DNA from: Candidatus Levyibacteriota bacterium
Lineage (GTDB): Bacteria; Patescibacteriota; Microgenomatia; Levybacterales; UBA12049
Reading direction: 5' to 3'
Length of the DNA stretch: 64,000 bases
Assembly: GCA_003152105.1 (NCBI GenBank)
Contig: PLZJ01000002.1
Location: 108,257 to 172,256 of the forward strand
Under the pieces are notes generated by a model. That model did no database searches, was not told the DNA's origin, and was given only the letters and a program-made list of their open reading frames with translations. This document shows, piece after piece, positions 56,746-64,000 of this stretch. The position numbers and the translations under genes were made by a program. Each line of letters starts with the position of its first letter. Positions within the stretch are counted from its first letter, which is position 1.

Positions 56746-58107
56746 ATGGAAAATCATCCTATACCGCAAGACATTACAGGTTTTCAGTTTAAGCTAATTG
56801 GCGAAATGACAGTCAAACAATTTGGCTACATTGCTGCTGGTGGAATACTTGCATGGATTTTTATTTTCGTTTTACCTCTTCCAGTATATATTAGGTTCCC
56901 TATAGGGTTACTATTTGCAGGGCTTGGATTATCCTTAGCATTTTTACCTATTGAAGGAAGACCAATGGATACAATGCTTGGCGCTTTTATGCTTACGCTG
57001 ATTCGACCTAATCAATATGTATTTCGAAAGCATGAATCACTTTTAACGCCAATTTTTGCGCAAAATATACCTCAGCCTTATGTAAAAACAGTATCTCAGA
57101 AGACACACTCAACTAAGTATACTGAGGAGCAAGTAGAAACATTTATTCAGAACTATCCCAAAAAAGCAAAAAATAAATGGGATGAAAAAGAACTGGCATA
57201 CAACAAAACGCTTGCAGAACTATATGTTCCACTTCCAGCTATAGATCAAAATCAGCCACCAATCCAGGAAACTGTAAAAACAATACCAATTCCTGTACCA
57301 CAACAAACTGCTCAAGGAATACCTCAATCGCAAATGTTGGTACATAATACTCTTAGTACTACTCAAGTTTCTGTTCAGCAACCTTCAGAAAAATCTAAAG
57401 CACAAGAAAATATTAATGCAGTTCTTGAAAATACACAAAGTTCTACCGAAAATAGCATTAAAAAAACTGATAACGATAAGTTAGAAAAGGAAAAAATTAA
57501 AAGAGAACTAGAGGTGGCAAGACTCGAGGAAGCAAATCAACAAAATGAATCACTTGCAAAAAATGCTCATGAGAAAGTCAATGAATTAGAAAAATTATTA
57601 AATGACAGTTCTACGCAAAAACAAAAGCTTGAACAAGAACTTTTACAACTCAAAAAACAATTAGAAGGTAAGAATCCAGATGTTTTCACTCCATCACAAG
57701 GACCAGAAAAGCTTCAAGAGACAAAAAATGTACAAGTAGTGCAAAAAAGCATGACAAAGGCTACCGGCCTACCTCAAGCTCCCGAAGCACCAAACTTACT
57801 AACAGGTATTGTTAGAGATCCAAGAAATAATCCATTACCAAACATCTTAATTGAAGTGAAAGACAAAGATGGAAATCCAGTAAGAGCATTTAAAACAAAC
57901 ATGTTGGGGTATTTTGCATCTGCAACGCCTCTCCAAAATGGCATATTTACCGTTGAGTTTGAAGACACGCAAAATGTTCACAAATTTGATGTCATTCAAC
58001 TTGAAACAAAAGGTCAAGTAATAATGCCTCTTGCCGTTACGTCTGTTGATGCTAGAGAAGAACTGCGAAGATCGCTCTTCACATCTCCTCAAGAAGGAGC
58101 AAATTAA
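56746..58107 (+). CDS. PrgI-family (VirB3-like) protein with coiled coil and C-terminal carboxypeptidase-regulatory-like domain
   Basis: HPIPQDI..FQFKLIG.MTVKQF, two TM helices, EGRPMD; C-terminal GIVRD...RAFKTN. Confidence 0.8.
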   Translation: MENHPIPQDITGFQFKLIGEMTVKQFGYIAAGGILAWIFIFVLPLPVYIRFPIGLLFAGLGLSLAFLPIEGRPMDTMLGAFMLTLIRPNQYVFRKHESLLTPIFAQNIPQPYVKTVSQKTHSTKYTEEQVETFIQNYPKKAKNKWDEKELAYNKTLAELYVPLPAIDQNQPPIQETVKTIPIPVPQQTAQGIPQSQMLVHNTLSTTQVSVQQPSEKSKAQENINAVLENTQSSTENSIKKTDNDKLEKEKIKRELEVARLEEANQQNESLAKNAHEKVNELEKLLNDSSTQKQKLEQELLQLKKQLEGKNPDVFTPSQGPEKLQETKNVQVVQKSMTKATGLPQAPEAPNLLTGIVRDPRNNPLPNILIEVKDKDGNPVRAFKTNMLGYFASATPLQNGIFTVEFEDTQNVHKFDVIQLETKGQVIMPLAVTSVDAREELRRSLFTSPQEGAN

Positions 58108-58109
58108 TT

Positions 58110-58787
58110 ATGGCAAACCAAAAAAAAATTCAAGCTACCACTCAAAAATTCACCGAAATCAAAGCGATCGTAGATGACATTGTATTATTTCAAAATGATA
58201 CTGCGTGTTTAATCATAGAGGTTAGGGCTACAAATTTTGCGCTCATGTCCAAACAAGAGCAAGATATTAAAATTTATTCATATGCTTCGCTACTTAATTC
58301 TCTCTCATTTTCACTTCAAATATACATTCATAATAAAAAAATTGATATTTCATCATACTTAGGCTTGCTAGATGTAGAAATAAAAAAAACACAAAATAAG
58401 CTTTTGCAAGCAAATATGATGATGTATAGACAATTCGTAGAACAACTAGTTAAGGTAAATAGCGTGCTTGATAAACAATTTTATGTGGTCATTTCTTATA
58501 ATCCTTTAGAGAGAGGGGCAGTAAATACTGCTACAACATTAAAGGGGCAAGGAAAACAAAACGTCATTGACCAAGCTAAGGCTTCTCTTCACAGTAAGTC
58601 AACATCAATTTTAGCTCAGTTAGCACAACTCAATCTACCAGCCAAAACACTAATGGCAAATGAATTAATCCATTTGTTTTATGGTATTTACAATGAAGAC
58701 TCCATCGACTCAACAGAGCTAATAGCAGATACTAATACTCCTATTGTTAGATCTGTAATGCCATTACAAAACAAAAAGGAAACATGA
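58110..58787 (+). CDS. T4SS-associated protein resembling the TraC/VirB4 N-terminal region
   Basis: ATTQKF, NFALMSKQEQ, LLNSLSF, KQFYVVI; lies between prgI and virB4. Confidence 0.7.
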   Translation: MANQKKIQATTQKFTEIKAIVDDIVLFQNDTACLIIEVRATNFALMSKQEQDIKIYSYASLLNSLSFSLQIYIHNKKIDISSYLGLLDVEIKKTQNKLLQANMMMYRQFVEQLVKVNSVLDKQFYVVISYNPLERGAVNTATTLKGQGKQNVIDQAKASLHSKSTSILAQLAQLNLPAKTLMANELIHLFYGIYNEDSIDSTELIADTNTPIVRSVMPLQNKKET

Positions 58788-60778
58788 AATTACCAAACTT
58801 AAAAACAAAACTACCAAAAAATCGAAATATAGTAAAAAAACCCATAGGAGTTCCTCCGGCAATAGCCCACTTTGATAAAGGACTTGCTTCTATTCAAGAT
58901 ATCATAGCACCATCATCAGTTGAAGTAGATTTTCGACACATACGTATTGGAGAAACATTTTACAAAACATTATTCGTAGTAGGATATCCAAGATTTATAT
59001 CTCCAAATTGGCTTGATCCACTTATAAATTTTAATCACTCAGTCGACATCTCTATGTTTTGTTATCCAGAAGCATCCTCAGATGTCTTAACTGATTTAAG
59101 GAGAAAAATAGCAGAAATGGAAGCAACAATTTCTTCACAAATTGAAAACGGACAAGATGTAGATCCAAAAATTAGTGCCCAACTTGAAGATGCACTCGCA
59201 GTACAAGAACAATTAGCAAAAGGCGTGGAGAGATTTTTTCAGTTTGGCTTTTATATTACTCTCTCTTCTTCAACCACTCAGGAATTAGAAGAAATAACCA
59301 AACAACTTCACGCAACACTTTCATCTATGCTTCTCACTGCAAAAGCAGCTACTCTTCAAATGGAAGAAGGGTTTAAGTCCACAATCCCAATGGGAAGAGA
59401 CAGTCTTTATATAACTCGCAATATGGATACAACGTCTTTAGCATCAACGTTTCCATTTACTTCAGCAACACTCACGCAAAACAAAGGAGTTCTCTATGGC
59501 CTAAATGAACAAAATGGATCTCTTATTATTTTTGATAGGTACTCATTGGAAAATGCAAATGAAGTAGTTTTAGGAAAATCTGGAGCCGGGAAATCATATC
59601 TTATTAAATTAGAAACAATGAGGCAATTTATGTTTGGGACTGAAGTAATTATTATTGACCCTGAAGGCGAATATGACGCACTAGTTCAATCTCTCGGAGG
59701 CGAAAGGGTAATTTTTACTGCTTCTAATCCAGTTAAAATTAACCCTTTTGACTTATCGGGTATGTATGAACCTGGGGAAAATGAACTCGGATTAAAAATA
59801 TTATCTCTCCATGGATTACTTCGAATTATTATGGGAAATCTAGACGCAACGCATGATGCTATCCTAGATAGAGCACTTGTTGAAACTTACAGACAAAAAG
59901 GAATTACGCCAGATCCAGCTACTCAATCAAAAATACCTCCCACCATGCAAGATCTTTATAAAGTACTTCTTGGTTACGAAGATCCCAATGCGCAAGAACT
60001 TGCATTTAGATTAGAAAAATTCATTAAAGGTTCTTTGGCAGGAATCTTTAATCAACAATCAAATTTTGATATTTCAAATCCACTAACTGTTTTTGATATT
60101 AAATTTCTCGAAGAAGAATTACGACCGGTAGCAATGCATATAATATTGGATTTTGTATGGACTAAAGTAAGAAAAACTCTAAAAAAAAGATTGCTCATAC
60201 TTGACGAGGCATGGTATGTAATGAAGTATGAAGATTCAGCTTCTTTTGTATATGGCATTGCAAAAAGAGCCAGGAAATACTACCTGGGCCTTACTACAGC
60301 AACGCAAGATGTGGAGGACTTTTTGGCTACAGATTATGGAAAAGCTGTACTCTCCAATTCATCTATTCAGGTGCTACTTAAACAAGGAACTTCATCTAGC
60401 GAACAAGTCGGTAAAATATTCTATCTGACTGATTCGGAAAAGCAATTACTTCAATCGGCTCAAATCGGAGAAGGCTTATTTTTTGCAGGCCAGAATCATG
60501 TGATTATTCGTATTATTGCTGCCCCTCATGAACACCAAGTTATAACTTCAGATCCTAAAGAAAAACTAAAAATGGAACAAAAGGCTGTTCAAGATGCAAT
60601 ACCAGAAAAACCTATGAATAATACTGCGCAAACTAATCCTCAAAAAACGGCAGAATCATCACAAAATATCAACAGCACTGAAGCCATACGGCCACCTGAG
60701 AATTTAACAACGCCAATTATGCCGATTACAAACGAAGTTTCGAACGTGGCGTCTCCACCAAATAAACCAACTCAGTAA
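58784..60778 (+). CDS. virB4: VirB4/TraC-like ATPase
   Basis: GKSGAGKS, IIDPEGEY, INPFD, LILDEAW, KRARKY. Confidence 0.88.
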   Translation: MKLPNLKTKLPKNRNIVKKPIGVPPAIAHFDKGLASIQDIIAPSSVEVDFRHIRIGETFYKTLFVVGYPRFISPNWLDPLINFNHSVDISMFCYPEASSDVLTDLRRKIAEMEATISSQIENGQDVDPKISAQLEDALAVQEQLAKGVERFFQFGFYITLSSSTTQELEEITKQLHATLSSMLLTAKAATLQMEEGFKSTIPMGRDSLYITRNMDTTSLASTFPFTSATLTQNKGVLYGLNEQNGSLIIFDRYSLENANEVVLGKSGAGKSYLIKLETMRQFMFGTEVIIIDPEGEYDALVQSLGGERVIFTASNPVKINPFDLSGMYEPGENELGLKILSLHGLLRIIMGNLDATHDAILDRALVETYRQKGITPDPATQSKIPPTMQDLYKVLLGYEDPNAQELAFRLEKFIKGSLAGIFNQQSNFDISNPLTVFDIKFLEEELRPVAMHIILDFVWTKVRKTLKKRLLILDEAWYVMKYEDSASFVYGIAKRARKYYLGLTTATQDVEDFLATDYGKAVLSNSSIQVLLKQGTSSSEQVGKIFYLTDSEKQLLQSAQIGEGLFFAGQNHVIIRIIAAPHEHQVITSDPKEKLKMEQKAVQDAIPEKPMNNTAQTNPQKTAESSQNINSTEAIRPPENLTTPIMPITNEVSNVASPPNKPTQ

Positions 60779-60800
60779 TAGTCTGATATGATATTGCAAT

Positions 60801-62933
60801 ATGGCAACTACATTACCTCCAGATCAAACTCAGAAAGATGAAAAAATCAGATCTGTAAAGAGTTTAATTACTTTAGCAAACAGAGATAGAACAGGAACGG
60901 TCTCAAGAATAATTAACAACCCTAATTTTATCGAAAGTCAAATTCAACTAAAAGAACTACTAAGAGTTCATCCAGAATACGATATTTCACTCGAGGCACT
61001 AAAGGATTATCAAGATGATCTCGGGAAAAAAGAAACTGAACCAAAAAGCGAAAATAATACAGAGAAAGACAGCCATGATGAGTCGCATTCAACTCACCAT
61101 GAAACTATTCACCTTCATGTAGAAAACGAGTCAGATACTAAAAAAGTGGATCCAAATGATTATTTATTAGAAGAAAATTATGTAGATGCTCCGAAGCTAA
61201 CAAAACAAGGCGTAGTCGATAGTTATTTAAATGATCGACATGTCGCTGAATATCAAAAAGTTATGGCAAAAACATTTTCTCATGAAAATCCAAATGCTAC
61301 GATCGAAACATTTTATGATGTATTTGCAAAAGACTATGCTCCTGAATTAGAAAAACAAGAAAAAATCGAAGAACAAAGAATTTATCTAAATCAACCTGAA
61401 AAAGACCCACTATACCAACAGCTATTAAGTAATATCGAAACAGAAACTACTATTGCACGAAAGATGACAGATGAAGGAAAAATAACTAAATATGGATCTA
61501 CTGACATGAAAGAGATAACCAGAATAATTAATGAGAGACATTTTTATGCTTTTATACGTAAATACCCAGGAAAGGTTCAATCACATATTTCAAATCCAAT
61601 AGTAACGAAAATAGTTGAACACATTAAAGATGTTGAAAGTCAAAAAAAACAAAAAGTAAAAGATAAAAAAACTCCAACTACCCAAGCAGCTCCGACTAAA
61701 ATTCCCATAGAAGTTAAAAGTCAGCAATTCAATAGCGAACATCCTAAAACTTCAAGCACAACTAGCTCTTATGCACACAAACAAACTTTTCGTCCACAAA
61801 ACGATATAAGTAACTTTTCTAGTCAACCTCTTAGCTCAACATTCAATTTTTTTAATAATTTTTCGCCCAGAATTAGATCAGTTTCTAGACCAACGGCAAG
61901 TAATGAAGCAAGAGGAATTAGAGTTCAATCTAGAACAGCTAGGTCTATAGCAAGAAATCCTTTGACCTCATCGCTACTTAGGGGTGCTACTAGAGTAGGT
62001 GGCGGTTTAGCATCCAATGCCCTCAAGCTAGCTGCTAGAACACCTTGGTTCTGGATAGTGATTGGTATTATTGTAGGCATTTTTATACTTATAGCAGTTA
62101 TTATATTAATAATTGAAATAATAACTGGCAAGTTACCAATAGGCGGAGGCGGAGGCGGAACACTTTTACCAGGTCAACATTTCTCGTTAACCAAAACAGC
62201 TTCGCCAGCATTTGTAACAATTGTTCCTGGACATGAAAAAGAAGCAAGAATTACCTATACGATCACTCCCGACTTTAACGGTGACGGTTCAGTAGATATA
62301 ACAGATCCTATACCCAATGGCACAAACTATGTTGATGGTTCAGCTTCGCCCGATCCAAGCTCCAAGCAAACGACCGGCAAAAATGTTACATCATTAACAT
62401 GGAATAATATTGAAAATGGAACTAGTATTACATTCCAGGTTCAACCCACGCACGATGGAGCGTTTACGAATATAGCATCTGGAACTCTCTCGGGAAATTC
62501 GGGCATAAGCCCAACAGCAAACACTAATACATGTAATGGTCGCTACACAACAGATATTCAAAATAACTACTTGCTTCATAAAAATTTTGGAGATCCCAAT
62601 TGCACCTTGATAACAGCAGCCGAAAGAAATGATTTATATAATTATATTAAACAGGTTGATCCTGCCAATGCTGACTGGTGGTTTAATACTATTATTCCTT
62701 GCGAAAGTGGATATGACCCAAACTCGTGGCTTAGCCCTCAAGGAGGAACTCCTGATCCTCATGGAGCATGGGGGCTTTTTCAAGACGGTAGTAGTGAGCC
62801 AACTCCAGGAGGGAATGGTAATGGATTAAACGGCAAATACGATAGAGGGGATGTTGAATGGCACCAGCAAGTATTTAATGCTGCGCATTTACTTCAAACA
62901 AATGGGTCTGGTTATTGGGCGTGTTCAGGCTAA
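60801..62933 (+). CDS. bitopic protein with Ig-like (DUF11-like) domain and C-terminal lytic transglycosylase-like domain (VirB1-like)
   Basis: TM helix; LTKTA...ITYTIT...ITDPIP; IIPCESGYDPNS...AWGLFQ lysozyme-fold motif. Confidence 0.68.
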   Translation: MATTLPPDQTQKDEKIRSVKSLITLANRDRTGTVSRIINNPNFIESQIQLKELLRVHPEYDISLEALKDYQDDLGKKETEPKSENNTEKDSHDESHSTHHETIHLHVENESDTKKVDPNDYLLEENYVDAPKLTKQGVVDSYLNDRHVAEYQKVMAKTFSHENPNATIETFYDVFAKDYAPELEKQEKIEEQRIYLNQPEKDPLYQQLLSNIETETTIARKMTDEGKITKYGSTDMKEITRIINERHFYAFIRKYPGKVQSHISNPIVTKIVEHIKDVESQKKQKVKDKKTPTTQAAPTKIPIEVKSQQFNSEHPKTSSTTSSYAHKQTFRPQNDISNFSSQPLSSTFNFFNNFSPRIRSVSRPTASNEARGIRVQSRTARSIARNPLTSSLLRGATRVGGGLASNALKLAARTPWFWIVIGIIVGIFILIAVIILIIEIITGKLPIGGGGGGTLLPGQHFSLTKTASPAFVTIVPGHEKEARITYTITPDFNGDGSVDITDPIPNGTNYVDGSASPDPSSKQTTGKNVTSLTWNNIENGTSITFQVQPTHDGAFTNIASGTLSGNSGISPTANTNTCNGRYTTDIQNNYLLHKNFGDPNCTLITAAERNDLYNYIKQVDPANADWWFNTIIPCESGYDPNSWLSPQGGTPDPHGAWGLFQDGSSEPTPGGNGNGLNGKYDRGDVEWHQQVFNAAHLLQTNGSGYWACSG

Positions 62934-62950
62934 TATGATATAAATAAATT

Positions 62951-63490
62951 ATGAACGAATATTCAAAGAGGCAAAAAATAATAATACTTACAGTGGGTAT
63001 AATTATACTTTTTGGTACCATTGGAGTTATTACATTTTTATTTCTTAGCAATATTAATAATAAAACTCAAAGCTACTTACCCACACCAACGACTAAGCCC
63101 GCTCTTAGAACAGTTCCGCTTGTTATTTATAATTCGAGTAAGTCAAACGAATTATTAAAAAAGCTTGAAAATAGACAAGCTCTAACACAAAACGATACCT
63201 CAATTAGACAAAAACTAATTAGTCCCTTAAATGGGCAGAGCGGAGATATTCAACTTACAAATGATTATGATATCCAATACCTAAGTAGCCCAGATCAATT
63301 CCAGGTAGAAATTCTATCTACCAATATTAGTTTAGCTAAACAAGAGGCTGTTAATTGGTTTATTGCTCAAGGAATGAGTCAAGACGGTATATGCAAATTA
63401 CCACTGAGTTTTTTTATGAATCATTCAGTCGCACAGCAGCTACAAGGAAAAAACATTACTTTCAATCCATTGCCTGATAATTGTAATTAA
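62951..63490 (+). CDS. membrane-anchored hypothetical protein
   Basis: N-terminal TM helix, PTPT linker. Confidence 0.72.
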   Translation: MNEYSKRQKIIILTVGIIILFGTIGVITFLFLSNINNKTQSYLPTPTTKPALRTVPLVIYNSSKSNELLKKLENRQALTQNDTSIRQKLISPLNGQSGDIQLTNDYDIQYLSSPDQFQVEILSTNISLAKQEAVNWFIAQGMSQDGICKLPLSFFMNHSVAQQLQGKNITFNPLPDNCN

Positions 63491-63491
63491 T

Positions 63492-64000
63492 ATGAAATTT
63501 TATTCAATAATTAAAACAGATTCAAAATATCTGCTTATTATTATACTTTCTCTCTTATGTTTTACGGTTATGCTTGGAACAGGACAGGTGTATGCTGATT
63601 CCAATAATACTGCGATAACGATAATTGGAGATTCAATAACTGTTAGATCTACTCCAGATCTCAAACAGTTACTTCCTAATGCTGATATCAACGCCCAAGT
63701 TGGTAGGCAATGGGAAACTGGAATTGGAGTATTGCAACAAATAAAAAATAGTGGAAATCTAAAAAACATATTAGTATTTGCTCTTGGAACAAATGGTCCA
63801 ATTACTTCAGCGGACGTAGAAACTGTTCTTAATATAGCTTCCGGGAAAAAAGTAATTTTTGTAACAATATTTGGATTAGGTAACCACCTGTCCTGGATGG
63901 ATAGCGTAAATAATGTTTTAAATTCCGAAGCCAGTAGGCACAACCAAATAACCATTGCAGATTGGAAATCTTTAGTTTCGTCTCATACAGATTGGATTGA
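63492..64000 (+). CDS. secreted SGNH hydrolase, OatA C-terminal-domain-like (runs off the window; not in the ORF track)
   Basis: MKFYSII...VYA signal peptide, IIGDSITV, NAQVGRQW, FALGTNG, IADW; open to the window end. Confidence 0.78.
   Translation, partial: MKFYSIIKTDSKYLLIIILSLLCFTVMLGTGQVYADSNNTAITIIGDSITVRSTPDLKQLLPNADINAQVGRQWETGIGVLQQIKNSGNLKNILVFALGTNGPITSADVETVLNIASGKKVIFVTIFGLGNHLSWMDSVNNVLNSEASRHNQITIADWKSLVSSHTDWI

Noticed and set aside
63500-63955. 151-aa minus-strand ORF
   Set aside because: Shadow of the plus-strand SGNH gene starting at 63492.
1-64000. CRISPR arrays, reverse transcriptases/DGRs, IS elements, rRNA
   Set aside because: None recognised by eye; short or degenerate repeats could have been missed without computation.

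Overview
Low-GC bacterial chromosome segment whose gene content suggests a Patescibacteria/CPR organism, probably Microgenomates-like (inferred from the VirB2-like pilin array, PrgI/VirB4/VirD4 genes and many leaderless starts). From left to right: a Xer-family recombinase, tRNA-Ile(UAU) and a VirD4-like ATPase; an nrdR-nrdJ-pduO block with two cobalamin-riboswitch-like elements, the second directly upstream of an unknown Zn-ribbon protein and an unannotated 57-aa triple-CxxC protein; cmk/gap/pgk; two class A PBPs; rpe/rpiB; a SpoIID-like protein; smpB and tmRNA; and a tRNA cluster with all four Ser isoacceptors plus Arg(GCG). A ~13.8-kb satellite-like element (29457-43226) appears integrated at the 3' end of tRNA-Ser(CGA). 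Its large serine recombinase gene is cut by the att site, so excision would swap a 9-aa tRNA-derived C-terminus for a 26-aa tail encoded at the far end. The element carries an 8-gene enzyme cargo operon and a candidate nuclease/HEPN pair. The last ~19 kb is a relaxase-free T4SS-like/pilin locus with interleaved antisense orphan genes. All calls come from reading the sequence; no database searches were run.
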